A DNA stretch of 64,000 nucleotides from Paraspadella gotoi (lineage: Eukaryota > Animalia > Chaetognatha), in the NCBI GenBank assembly GCA_051294375.1, contig CM119271.1, positions 3,007,061 through 3,071,060 of the forward strand, in the 5' to 3' direction. Both the position numbers and the translations under genes were made by a program. Each line of letters opens with the position of its first letter. Positions within the stretch are counted from its first letter, which is position 1. Below are positions 1-12,925 of the stretch, piece by piece. Under the pieces are notes generated by a model, which was not told the origin of the DNA, did not search any database, and was given only the letters and a program-made list of their open reading frames with translations.

Positions 1-285
1 CGATAATGACCAGGGTACAAGAGATATTTAAGATGTAAATTAAAAAAGGATTTTCTTTTAAGCTACGATAACTTGTTAGGTTTACAATGATTTACAAAAA
101 GAAAGACAAGGAAGGGAAGAGAAAATTCAAATTTTAAAAAAGAGTTCTTTGCGAGGGTATTTTAAAATTTTTTAAAAAATCAATCAAACAAGGAGATAGA
201 ATTTATTGATCCCAGTGCATAATTTGTATTGTATTATTCACAGGAGCGACGCAGAGTTGTAAATATCAGCGAAACCGCATCCCAC

Positions 286-456
286 CTTGGCTGCTCTGAG
301 ACAGAGTTCCAAACCGAAGCCTGAATCACATCCGGTCACAAGGATCGCTTTTTTCTCGGTCGAGATCCATTTAGGGAAAACAAAACTTTTTGTTAGTTGG
401 AAAATTAAGTAAACGACGACGACGACGACGACCGAAGCGAAAACGAAAAAATCCAT
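286..456 (-). CDS. First exon of a short-chain dehydrogenase/reductase (retinol / 17-beta-hydroxysteroid / BDH1-like, N-terminal membrane anchor); rest of gene lies off the left edge
   Basis: MDFFVFASVVVVVVVYLIF hydrophobic anchor followed by KAILVTGCDSGFG (TGxxxGxG Rossmann motif typical of RDH/BDH1-type SDRs); plausible donor AAG|GTGGG at 286/285. Confidence 0.85.
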
Positions 457-1557
457 GATTGTGATAATTCGAGTGCCTGTACGATATGAAGCGGATTAAT
501 GTATGATAAATTTAACTCGAAATTATGGTTATCAAAGCGAAAAGGTTTTTTAAGTCTTCTAAGGTTGTGTGTTTTCAAGCTCGAATAAAGAGAGAGAGAG
601 AATCCATATGCAGCCGACCTCGGGTTGTGAAAAAAAGTTCAAACAGAATTTCGATTCGAACTCTGATCTGGGCGTGCAAGAATAAGAAAACAGACAAAAA
701 ACCAGTTGGAAGATAAAACCAGTTTTACCGATTTTTGTTTTAGTCCGTTTTTAAAAAACGGCTTAATTCTTTTCTTTCTTTTTTTAAATGTATAAAAGTA
801 CAAAAAATGTATCGATATACTTTTAGAAAGAGTTTGTCCAGTTATACACATTTAGTAAATAAATAGATTTTGATATTATCAGTAATATTTTTTAATGAAT
901 TAGCATTTCTTTTTTACGTTTATATATTATTTGTTTTTGCGGTTTTTTTTTTATTTTTATAAAATTCAAATCATTTTCGCTCATTCAGACTGGTCCCAAC
1001 ACAACTTTTTAACCTTTGGTCCGGCGTCTCGTAATTTTAGATTGGAACGTGACGTGTTTAAGATAATAAGGTGAAATTTCGATAAGGGACGTTAAATAAT
1101 AAAAAGATTAATGAAGGCTAAACATCTTGAACAAAATCTGTAATACGAATAAATAAACAAATAAATATACAAATAACAAAAATTATCAATATTACTATTA
1201 TATTAGCATGTTTCAAAACGTATTTAAAAAGTTTCGACAATCCACTACCAGTGCCTTTTAAACCGAAATGAAAAATTAATTTTGTCTCTCTCAAACTAGC
1301 TACATAATATTTTTTTTGAAAACTATTTTAAATCGCTCAACAGCAGAACAAACCAACGCAAACCAATAATAAAATATTCTATTACTTCAAAACTATGAGT
1401 ATAATCATAAAGAATAATAATAGTAAAAAAAAATCACTCAATAAAAATTTGACCAAAAAAAAAAAAATTCAGCAGAGAAAATTTTTAAAGCATTGTGTAC
1501 TACATAAATTCATTTCTAGACTAGAATTGAGAATCCACGCTCTGATGTCGCAAACCT

Positions 1558-4500
1558 TCAATCCGCCAATCCCATGACCTTCTCGAAAGAGCATTTCCAC
1601 TCTTCGCCCAAGATGCTTTGCACGCAGGGCACGTTAATCGAACGCGGATCTTCGCACGCGACGCTGATCCAAATTGCCATGTCGTCGTCGAGCAAGCCTC
1701 GATCCAGCGTCTCCTTAGATTAGTTGATTGTTTAATTGGTTAATACGATACATAAATATACCCCCAAACCCCTCGACCCACACCAACCCCTTACCTCTAA
1801 ATGCTGATAAAAATCTGGACCAATGGAGCGAAGCCAACTCTCCCGCGGTGCCAGCATGAAGTTTGGCGTGAACATTAAGGTATGACTTTCAAAAGCGGAG
1901 GCGAGACCCTCCGCGGTGCAGACAGAGGCGGGGGGAGGGATAGGCATGGAACCAGGGGTGGTGACACCTCCCATGGTGAGGCGATCGTGGGTGAAAGCGG
2001 AGAGGCCAGAAGCGGGGATATGGGCAATGGTGGTGTGGCCTGAGAGAGAGAAAAACTGATATACAAATTACAAATATATTACAAATAAAAATTAAAACAC
2101 AAAAAACTTAAACAGAAACAAAAAACAAACATATCACTTAAAGAAAAATTCTTGGATTTATAAAAAAAAAACAAATAAAAACAAAGCTAACAAACACAAA
2201 TTACAAAAACAAAAAATAAAAATCTTAAAAGAATAGGATCTCGCCTACCTTCAATGATAACCAAATATTGATGCGAAGATAACCAAAGGATTGATGCGAT
2301 GATAACCAATAATTGATGCGATGATAGTCATTCATTGATGCGATGATAGTCATTCATTGACGCTGTTAAAGAGTTTATAATGATTTTTATCTGAATTGAG
2401 CCCTGACCTTTTATTTTTTAATGGCTCAAATATCTGAATTTAAGGTTTAATTGAATGACTCCAATTGTTCTGTTTATAGTTTATAGTTTATTGGTTGAAT
2501 TCTATACATTGAATTTGAATATCTGGTCTCTCATTGGTTATTAATAACTAGTAGATGTTTTGATTTTATTCTCAAAATGTGAACTCTCCTCTCATTGGTT
2601 GTTATAATTTTGTCCTTGGATATAAAAGGAGAGTAAATTAAATGATATTTGTGAAATTACTTGAATATGTTAATTAATTTTAAGCTTTTATGTAGCTTTG
2701 AGCTGTTGCTGCGTCTCAGTTCTGTTGCTGCGTCTCGGTTCTACTGCTGCTGCTGCATTTTGGTTCTGATATTGAATACTTAATAAAGTTATTATTTTAT
2801 TTTTATCTTTTGGATTGAGTTAATATTAAGTCGAGATTAAGCACTGCTCAAACCGGGAGGCTCGATAAAAAGAAATATAAAAAGCTGGAACCAAATCTTT
2901 ACCATTGTTTTTTACTCCCACTTGTCCACCTCCACCACCACTACCACTTCCACCTGTCCACTTTAAATGCCCATGCAAGAATCCGGCGTCGATCCAACCA
3001 ATGAACGCCGATCGAAACGGATTTAACGCCGCCACGCGCCTCACCAGGTTGACCTTGGACATGTAGACGGCCTGCTGCGCCGGACTGACGAGTTGCGGAC
3101 GCTCCGGCCTGGCGTAGCGCTGTCGCCGCAACGGTGTGCGGCGGCGCAGCATAGAAGTCAGTTCGCGCAGCCGCAACATCCAGGCGTTGCCACTTTCTGA
3201 GAGCAGCGATTCTAACGTGAGGTATGTTTCCGTTTTGGCGGGAACTAGGTAGTCCCGGACAGAAGTGGGCGTGGTTGTTGTCTGATAAAAAATGAATAGA
3301 TACATCAACAAATTTAATTAAATAAAGTATATATTAAAAAAATAAATAAATACTAAGTAAATTTATAAATAATATGCTAAATGGTGTTTTTATAAATATA
3401 AAAAAATAAATTAAGAAATAAAACAAAAAATTAATGATTAAATTATTATATTAATAAATTGGCAAATAAATTAATTTAATAAGGAATTGAAAAGACAGTA
3501 ATTATTGTTATGTATTAATGACAGAACCGTTCAATATAAGCAGTCCCTGAGCTTCGGATCAGGCTGTAACACTATGTTACAGGCGGGTTAAGCGGCCCGT
3601 CCCTCTTAACTGCTAGGCGGCCACCGGGCTAGAACCCCGGAGTTTTGGGTTGGGAAGGGAATGACTTGCCTCCGGCACCAATGGCCGCTGATGAATGGTT
3701 GTTGGATTTTAGTACACCATAGAATGAATTAATAAATATATAATAAAAAGTAAGTAAAACATATGTAAATAAATCAATTTTTAGACTCAAGACTCTTTAT
3801 CTACCCAGCCTTCATCCAGCCGATTTAGAACCCCCCACCAGTCCACTCCAACACTCAAAAACCACCTTGTAGTAGCTATGCTTCTTCAGCGGGAAGATCC
3901 ACTCCAGAGGCACCGGCTCGAAGGTGTGACCGAACTTGTGATAAGCGGGCATGAAGCCGACGTCGGCGCGGCAGAGCAGCCCGGATGCGCACCGTGAGTA
4001 GGAGAAGACGTCGAGAGCGGGGCCGAGCGTCTCGCAGGTTTTGAGAGGGTCTTTGGCGAAGATCTCGGCCGAACGGGGGAGGATCTTGTGTTGAAAGCAG
4101 GATGACAATTTCAGGAGTAAATAAATTTATTTATTAATCAATCAATTCAATTTTTAGTTTTCACAAAAACACATGTTTCGGCAATTAAAAAGCCTTACTG
4201 TTCGAATGAATGAAAGTATAATTGTATATTTGTATAATTGTAATTGTATAATTGTATATTCAGTTATTCACATTTAAATTTCACAATCTCCCTCACAACT
4301 CTCACCCTAATCCTCAGCGTCGAAGTGACATTGACTTTGTCTTCGACTTTATGAAATCCATAGAGGCCGCTTGTAAAGGTGCAGAGGCGCAGATCGGGCG
4401 GCAGGTGGCGTCGCCACAGACACCGCGCCGTCTCAAAGTCCTCGTGGCGGATGCCGACGTCAAGGTTGTAGCCTTGTTCATTCTGAGGATACACAATTGT

Positions 4501-5262
4501 ATAACTTACGTGTCAATTATATGATAACTGTTGTGGTAGTACATATTACCCCATAACTTAGCCAGGAATCGGCAGAACCTATGACTCGGGTTCGCGCCCT
4601 GCTTATTAACACTACAAATTGTTTAAAATGATAAAAAAAAAGTTTTCAAACCTACTGGGCGTACCAAGTGTAAGGGATACCTCCGATACTATTTTCTGAA
4701 ATGGAATTTTGACCTTAATTTTAAGAAGCTTTGAGTTTGAGAGAAATACAATTCTGATAAAAAAAAAAATTAATTAGTATTATAATTATAACAAAAAAAT
4801 TAAATTGTTTTGTTAAAAAAATTTATAGTAATTTTACCTAAGATTAACTATAACCTAAAATTCCCAAAAAAGCTTCAATTGTAACAAAAGTAAATCCACA
4901 GATATCAAGTTACAAACCGAAATCAAAAGATCCAGATTTCTCCACCACCCGAGCAGCGTCTCGAAATCCAGCCAGATCGAAATTCCTCGTCGCTCCAAGA
5001 TCGAGACCGACGCTTCCAACATGCGGCGGAGTGCGGTCCGGTTTGCGGTGGCTGAAGGGGATGCGGCGATGGAGGCGTCGTCGAGGTCACCGCGGCGTCG
5101 AGAGAGGACGGCGCCATCTTCCGGAATGTCTCGTGATAAGGCTGAGTCGTCCGAAGCTCTAAGCAACAGTCGCGAATGCCAGAGGACAATGACGACGATG
5201 AGAGTGACGACAACCACGGCGAGTCTTTGTGATCTTTGCCGTCGAAAGATTGAGAGAGGCAT
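1558..5262 (-). CDS. LicD-family + HtrL/YibB-family fusion gene, copy B (6 exons, internally deleted, possibly a decaying paralogue)
   Basis: Exons approx. 5262-4917, 4485-4309, 4085-3866, 3281-2954, 2039-1795, 1713-1558, joined at phase-compatible GT-AG sites. Signal anchor LAVVVVTLIVVIVLW; WLDFETLLGWWR..LDVGI and WIFPLK (LicD-like); VYMSKVNLVRRVAALNPFRSAFIGWIDAG and GLLDDDMAIW (HtrL/YibB-like). Confidence 0.75.
2253..2362 (+). repeat. Short tandem repeat, ~22-bp unit (gatgataacc/gtcatt..attgatgc), about 5 copies
   Basis: Directly visible repeated units within an intron. Confidence 0.7.
3488..3721 (-). mobile_element. Solo LTR of the tRNA-containing TRIM family (see 45644-46295)
   Basis: Near-identical to the LTRs at 45644-45877 and 46063-46295; same termini (TGAA..GAGACAGT ... 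CACCATA); flanked by 4-bp target-site duplication GAAT (3484-3487 and 3722-3725). Confidence 0.85.
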
Positions 5263-6060
5263 TGTGATACCGACCCGTGAGGTTGGGTAAATTCGCTCCT
5301 AAGAAGAAAAGGCAAACTTGCCGAGAGAACAAACTTAAAAATTTATCTTTCTCTCTTGAGATTAATTGAATTTTTTTTGTCCGTTCATCAATTCATCAAT
5401 CAATCAATCAATCAAGCGATGGTTTCGAGAATGCTATTCTCTCATAAGTACGTAGTTTTTGGAATCGGAATTTTTCTTTTGTTTTGTCAAAAATCTTTAG
5501 TTCGCTCGCTAATTATGAATGGGGCAAAAAAAAATTCGCGATTAAAATTTTGACATAAGTTCGTCGACCGATTTGGAAAAGCTCTTAAATAATTTTATCA
5601 TTTTATCTTATTTATTCATTCATCTTATGTATGTATTCATTCATCTTATTCATTTATGTATTCATTCATTCATGGTCCAATTTAGTCCTTTTTATTTATT
5701 TCTTTATTTTTTTCTTTATTTTTTTTTTTATTCCATCCCCTTTAATAAAATGAAACTGGTGCACAACCCCAGCAAAAACCCTTGTCTGCTGCGATAGTGG
5801 TCGCGAAGATCCCGAACGCTTCGTCGACGCCGTCTCCTCCGCATCCACGCCCATTTTCACCTCCAACCGCGTCCATCCTAGACTTTCCAGCCAATTGGCG
5901 AAGACCAACTAAGACCGGCGCTCGTCGACGATCCCCTTGGGCTTCTTCTTGCCTCCATCCTCCTCCTCTTCCGCCTCTCTCTTCCAATTATAAATATAAA
6001 TAAACTAATGGAGAACGATTCGGAAATCATTATAGGGAGTCAAAGCAAGAAAGAGAGAGA

Positions 6061-6227
6061 AGAGACAGTAATTATTGTTATGTGTTACTGTTAGTGACAG
6101 CTGAGCTTCGGGTCAGGCTGTAACACCATGTTACAGGCGGGTTAAGCGCCCCGTCCTTCTTAACTGCTAGGCGACCACCGGGCTAGAACCCCGGACCTTT
6201 TGGGTTGGGAGGCGAATGACTTGCCTC
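6061..6227 (-). mobile_element. Truncated/deleted copy of the same TRIM LTR
   Basis: agagacagtaattattgtt...gagcttcgggtcaggctgtaacaccatgttacaggcggg...gacttgcctc matches the LTR consensus. Confidence 0.8.
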
Positions 6228-6858
6228 TTGCCTCCTCTTGTAAATAAAAGACGAGATGAAGAAGAAATATTGTAACGTTGTAGAGAGGTAGGAAAAGGAG
6301 TGAGACGAACTCTCTCCAGATCCATATTTATCAACTTGACCTTACGGTCGCCTAGGTTCTATTACTGTGTCCGGTCAGGTCATTGTCAAAGCAAGGGCAA
6401 ACTGCAAAGTGACCCTGGTGACCGACTGGCACGAAGAGAGTAAGGTTGGCATGTTTAAAAACGTATTTGAAAAGTTTCGACAATCCACTACCACTGACTT
6501 CGTAACCAAGACTACAAATTAAATTTGTAAAATATCTTAGAGTCGACCCTTTTATTTGTGACTTAACCAAATTAGCTATTTTTTTAAGAAATCAATTAAC
6601 TTGTCCACTAATTTTGAACGGCAGAACAGACCAGAACAGACTGATTATAAAAATATTATATTACTTCAAAATGAGTCAAGCCAAAGCCAAAGTAATTTAC
6701 GAGTAAATCATAAAAAAATAAAAACAGTAATAAAAAAAAATGATCATTCGAAATTTGGTAAAAGAAAAAAATACAGCGGAGATAAATTTTTAAAGCATTA
6801 TGTACTACATCCAATATCTTGAATAGAATTGAGAATCCGCACTCTGACATCGCTAACT

Positions 6859-9800
6859 TCAATCCGCCAATCCCATGACCTTCTCGAAGGAGCATTTCCA
6901 CTCTTCGCCCAAGATGCTTTGCACGCAGGNNNNNNNNNNNNNNNNNNNNNNNNNNNNNNGAGAGAAATAGAGAGAAAGATAGATAGAAAGAAAGAAAGAT
7001 AAATAGATAGATATATATATAGAGAGTGAGCAACCTCACGCTGTCAAAACTTCCTTAAAGGAGGCTTTCTCATTTTCTCAACCCAACCCATCCAAAGCCA
7101 AAACCCAACCCCAAGCGCCTCCATCGTCCCCCCCTTACCTCCAAATGCCTATAAAACGCTGGACCCACGGATCGAAGCCAACTCTCCCGCGGCGCCAACA
7201 TAAAGTTTGGCGTGAACATCTTGGCGTGACCCTCGAAGGCTGCGGCGAGACCCTCGGGGGTGCAGACCGAGGCGGGGGGAGGGTTGGGGATTGCGCCGGG
7301 GGTAGTGACGATGCCCATGGTGAGACGGTCGTTGGTGAAAGAGTGGAGGCGGGTGGCGGGGATGTGAGCGATGGTTGGGGCCAAGGCTGAGAAAGAAAAC
7401 AAAAAAACAAAAGAGCCTAAGCGAAAAAAAAAACACAAACACTAAAAACAAGCCAAAACCAAACCAAAGAAACAAAATGAATACGAAACACAATAAAAGA
7501 CAAACTACCAAAACAAAACACTAAATAATACAAAAAACAACAACCAAAAAAGTCACAACAAAACATAAAAGTAAGATGGTGAAAGAAAGCCAATTTTTAC
7601 TTTTCTTTTTTCCTCCTCCGGCGCGAAAGACTTTCGCCTGTCCGCCTGTCCACTTCAAATGCCCGTGCAAGTATCCGGCGTCGATCCATCCAACGAACGC
7701 TGATCGAAACGGATTTAACGCCGCCACGCGCCTCACCAGGTTGACCTTTGACATATAGACGGCCTGCTGCCCCGAACTGACGAGCTCCGGCCGCTCTGGC
7801 CTGGCGAACCGCATTCGCCGCAGCCGTGGGCTGCGACGCAGCATTGAAGTCAGTCCGCGCAGCCGCANNNNNNNNNNGCAGCATTGAAGTCAGTTCGCGC
7901 AGCCGCAGCGTCCAGGCGTTGCCACTTTCCGAGAGTAGGGACTCTAGCGGAACGCGGAAAATCATTGTATTTTGGCAGAGGGAGAGATCGTCGTCAGCGG
8001 CAGCATTGGCCGGCGCGATGTCGTCCTCCGCCGCGCAGCCGCGGCTCCGCAGCACCAAAGTCTCCAACCCTTTCGTCGGCACGAACGCGACCACCGGCAG
8101 GCGAATCTCGGCCAAGTTTTTAACGAACCAGGCGACGTAAGAGTTGAACGTCCGGTTGGTAAACTTGTCCGACAGGCGGTCCGAGTTTAGATCCCACAGG
8201 CCTGTGACGAGAGTGAGAGACCGGGCCGGATCGTCGACGGCCGACTCGGCGGAAACCCACACGCGGTATTGAAAAGGATGAGGCACGCAGCCGGTAGAAT
8301 CGACGCAAATGTAGCGGAAGCGGAGATAAGTTTTGGTTTTGGCGGGAACGAAATAGTCCCGGTCTGAAGAGGACATGGTTGTCGTCTAAAGTAAATAAAT
8401 AAACAAACAAATAAATAAATAAATAAATAAATAAACAAAAAGGAACTAATAAACAGATAAATAAACAATTAAATAAATAAACAAACTAATAAATAAACAA
8501 AAAAGGAACTAATAAATAAATAAATAAACTAATAAATAAACAAAAAATGAACTAATAAACAAATAAACAAATAAACAAACGAATAAGAAAATATGTTTAT
8601 CAGTCAAGATTTAAGAAAAAAAAAACATGAAAAACAAATAAAAACAAATAACCCGAGGCTTCATCAGTCCCCCCCCTTCAATCGCTCTCACTCCCTTGCC
8701 AACCTCCCCCAACCCCCCTTTAATCCCCCCACCTTCCACCGATGCTTCTTCAGCGGGAAAATCCACTCCTGCGGGACCGGATCGAAAGAATGACCCGTCT
8801 CGTGATAAGCGGGCATGAAGCCGATGTCGGCGCGGCAGAGCAGCCCGGCTGCGCACGGAGAGTAGGAGAAGACGTCGAGAGCGGGGCCGAGCGTCTCGCA
8901 GGTTTTGAGAGGGTCTTTGGCGAAGATCTCGGCCGAGCGAGGGAGGATCTTCGAGAATGAATGAAATAACGAAGATCAAAGTATGTTAATCTAAGAATAA
9001 ACGAAATGAAAATAAAAATAAATAAAAGGGAAAAAAATTAAAGGATACGTATACGATTTAAAAGTAAATAAAATAATTAATGAATGTTCAATGTCCATTG
9101 GAAAAAAAAGACACAAAAATTGGAATGAAGGAATGAATGAATGAATGAATGAATGTAGGAATGAATGAAGGAATGAATTAATGAATGAATCTCGCAACTT
9201 CCCCCACCACCACCTTTATTCTCAGCGACGCCGTGACGTTAACCTTATCTTCGACTCGATGAAACCCGTAGATGCCGCTGGTGTAAGTGCAAAGGCGCAG
9301 ATCGGGCGGCAGGTGGCGCCGCCACNNNNNNNNNNNNNNNNNNNNNNNNNNNNNNNNNNNNNNNNNNNNNNNNNNNNNNNNNNNNNNNNNNNNNNNNNNN
9401 NNNNNNNNNNNNNNNNNNNNNNNNNNNNNNNNNNNNNNNNNNNNNNNNNNNNNNNNNNNNNNNNNNNNNNNNNNNNNNNNNNNNNNNNNNNNNNNNNNNN
9501 NNNNNNNNNNNGTACAATGAATTTACATTTTAAATTTACATCAGTTGAAAATGCCCGCCGTAGTACAATGACACTTGAACATTTTAACATCTACATTACG
9601 TTCCTTCAGACATCAACAAAGCGCGACGACGATCGGACGTCGGGCAATCTCTCTCTATTCATTGTAACGGGGCATTTCACCAAAAAAAACTGGCTTCGAA
9701 GCCCTCGGTCGTCAGCCGGGATCGAACCTCGAACGCACGGTTTGGATTGGTGCGTTATCCCGCGCCGAGGCTTTGAAATACGCCCAAAATGTAATTTATT

Positions 9801-10227
9801 TTGCTGGCATCATAAGAATTTTTTTTAAAGATGACATAAATTCACAAGAATCCAAGTTTCAAACCGCACCAAGAAGTCCCGATGTCTCCATGATCCCAAC
9901 AACGTCCCGAAGTCCAGCCAGATCGGAATGCCTCGTCGCTCCAGGATCGAGACCGACGCCTCCAACATGCGGCGGAGAGAGGTCCGGTTGTAGGTTGTGG
10001 CGGCGGAGGCGGCGGAGGCGGGCGGCGGAGGCGGCGGCGGTGTCTCTGCGGTTTCTGGGAGTGGGCGACGGAAATCTTCGGGCACGGCTTGAAAAGATGC
10101 GGAGAAGTCGGAAAACCTGAGCAACGGTCGCGTATTCCAGAGGATGATGATGATGATAGGCGGCGAAAATGACGGTTATGGAGTCTTCGCGTTCTCGTCG
10201 ACGAAACATAAGGAGCGGCGTTGTCAT
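6859..10227 (-). CDS. LicD-family + HtrL/YibB-family fusion gene, copy A (fuller-length; interrupted by N gaps and one probable sequencing frameshift near 10160)
   Basis: Exon 1 ends WLDFGTLLGSWRHRDFL|GT; exon 2 partly in gap (9215-9325 visible); exon 3 ~8949-8733 ends WIFPLKKHRWK|GT; exon 4 starts 8385 in phase 0 with TTTMSSSDRDYFVPAKTKTYLRFRY then TLVTGLWDL..RTFNSYVAWF, VYMSKVNLV, WIDAG; exon 5 ~7386-7139; last exon ends 6859. Confidence 0.8.
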
Positions 10228-12159
10228 ACGCGACGGATGAGGGAAGGTAAGGTCGTCCGCAAATAAAAATGAAACGCTTGTCGGAAGAATGCGAAAAACT
10301 GATCGTAATTATATAGTATTTTTTTTTTTTTATTTTTTGCACACGCGGCGGCGCCAAAATTATTACAGACAATGACGATGATTACGACGAAGGTTTCTCC
10401 TAGAGAAAAAGCTTTATGGTCAGATCAACTGACCAAGGAAGCCGATTTAGCTCATGAAATTGTACCTTACCTTTTCGTTGTTTAATTTGGTTACGGGGCT
10501 TTTAAATATTTCTTTAGTTTCTGCCGTTTTTTGGATTATTTTTTTTGAAAAGTTGAAAACCTTGATGCTTGATGAGACCGCAAAAAAAAAATATGTAATT
10601 AAAATTTCATCAAAAGGTCGTCCAACGAAGTTTTGAAAAACGTTTTTGAATCGAACGCTTTAATCGGGTTGCAATCAATAATAAAATGGTCAAGAAGACT
10701 TTTTGGCTCATTAGATTCGAAAAGTGATAATATAGAAAGTAAGGCGAGTGCGAATCATGACAACTCATTATCGAATTAAGGTAAAAGTTTAGAAAACGGA
10801 GTTTGAAATTCAAAACCAAGAAAAGCCAGTCCTTCTTTGACGGGATTTTCTTCTGTTTTTTTATGCGTACTAATATCAGAGTAGCGAGTTAAAATAATAA
10901 AACGTTTCTTTACCTCCGCAGTGTTTTGAAAGACGTACTATCAGGAAACAAAAATATTGACATTTTTAATAAACGATAATTACTTGAAAACTTATTTAAA
11001 TTTATAAAAAAGATTAAAATGTTTAAGAATCTACATTAAATGTTTTTTTCAGTAGCTTCCTTTTTATTCTTTTTGTAAGTGTTAAATCGTTAGAAGTTAC
11101 AGGACAGGCAAAAAATTTATGGTTACTTTTCAAATAAAAAAATGGCAAAAAAAAACATTAAATTTTTTAGCATATTTTTGGTATTTAATTATTTATTTTT
11201 TTTTAAAATAGAGTTAGTTATTTTTTTAATATTTTTTTAATTTGGCAATTTTTAAAAGGCCTTGCACCTCTTTTTTGATTTAAAAAGTGTTATTATAGCT
11301 TTCAGAAAGGAAAGGTGAAAGATACGCAACATCAATATCGGGGCTAAAAGAAATTGCGTTAAAGATGTCGAAAAACATTTCAAACTGTCATCAAACCTCA
11401 ATTTGCTGTATAAAAGCATACCAAGAATAAAGAAATGCAGTAGCCATACAAGGAAAGGTATACCAAATATTGAGAATCGTTTTACCCATATTTTATCATA
11501 CTTTTTTATTGAATAAATGAATTATGTCGATATACTTTTTCCTTGATAGTATGTATAATAATAGTTGATTCGGTCCTTTTCAAACCAAAATAAAAGAGAA
11601 TTTAATCAATTTCAGTAGTTCGTAAAGCTTTTGTTCTCTCTTTGGTAAAAAACATGAAACAGGAGTGTCGCGTTCATGTCAATAAAACCTTAATCGTTGT
11701 AAAAAAAAAAAACCTTTTGTCAAAAATAATTAAATTATAAAGCAACATATTTAAAAAAATGCCGGGCTAATATAAACAATGTCCAAGAAGACGACGAACG
11801 AGAAATCGCTTTTTACGATCAATGGAATTTTGTTCTTTCACTCGTTAAAATACATCGGCCAGGCTCGGCTCTAACCTGGTCCAAGGTCACGAAACGGTTG
11901 AGGAATTAAAGTGATCCAGTCTTAAGCTTCGAAAAGCCGAGGGAAGTTTGTCGCCCGTCCGGTACCTGACGTAAATATTCGAGGCGTAGCTGGAAGCGAA
12001 ACCTGATAATAACTTCTTCTTTTTTTTTTCATTATTCATGTTTACGTCTTTCAATTTGGTAATTTCCGTTGTATCCGTCTATTGATTAAAATATACAACA
12101 CGCGAGGCGAAAGAGTCAGGAAATTAAAATTTTAAGGCATGAATGGATTGAGATGAATT

Positions 12160-12265
12160 TATGGTGGACTAAAATCCAACAACCGTTCATCAGCGGCCAT
12201 TAGTGGCTAGTCATTCGCCTCCCAACTTCTGTCATTAACACATATCAATAATTACTTTCTCTTCA
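12160..12265 (+). mobile_element. Internally deleted TRIM LTR in opposite orientation, both termini retained
   Basis: tatggtggactaaaatccaacaaccgttcatcagcggccatt ... ttctgtcattaacac...aattactttctcttca equals the reverse complement of both LTR ends. Confidence 0.75.
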
Positions 12266-12925
12266 AACGATACCTTAACCAATTACGAATTTTGTTCAAT
12301 GCAGCAGGCTCTCTCTCTCTCTCTGTGTCTTTCTGTCTTCGCTCAATGGTTCCCATCTCACAAAAATAGAAATACTAAAATAATTTTCAAGATAAAATAA
12401 TCACTATTAAATGAATATCTAGATGTGAGATCTATTTCCGATTGAGTTCGTAATGATGGCAATCAAAACAATTGTCTTAGACGACGCTGTATTTTTAAAG
12501 TTCCGGCTCGTATTTTTGTCGCGTTGGCCTCCGTCATTCATGTAACGCGTGAATCAAATGTTACCGATTCCTCCAGTAGTGAAACTTGCAAAGACTCATA
12601 AATGATTTCGGGTTTTAGAAGAGATGCTGAAAAAAAAATTATCGCTATTGAAGGAATACGGATATCATGGATATCTTTTTTTGTTCATGTTTTCTTAAAA
12701 TTTTAAATTTAGTTCAAAAAAATAAAAATTAACCTTCAAATCGTCGGAGGGATCCGTTGACTTCCATTTTTCCATTAAAGGTTTCTCGTTTTCTTACCAA
12801 AAAAAATAATTATAACTCATTACATTACAAATTATCATCGACACGAAAAAAAAACGTATTTTTTAAAATATGTTTCACTTGTTTCAGTATTTAAGAACTT
12901 TAAAGAGCGCCAAGCTTCCTCAGAC

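Noticed and set aside
2364-2825. Possible solo LTR (TGTTAA start, TATAAAA and AATAAA inside)
   Set aside because: Ends in TTAATA not CA, no TSD found, and no second copy in the window.
3488-3721. Initially read as a tRNA-derived SINE or Helentron
   Set aside because: Fixed termini, 4-bp TSDs and the paired copy with PBS and PPT fit an LTR better.
5760-5990. GC-rich island with short ORFs between the two LicD-HtrL copies
   Set aside because: No recognisable motif or consistent splice context in any frame.
11770-12790. Exon-like patches that might be the missing 3' exons of KY paralogue 1
   Set aside because: Could not find an open, phase-consistent frame resembling the terminal exons of paralogue 2.
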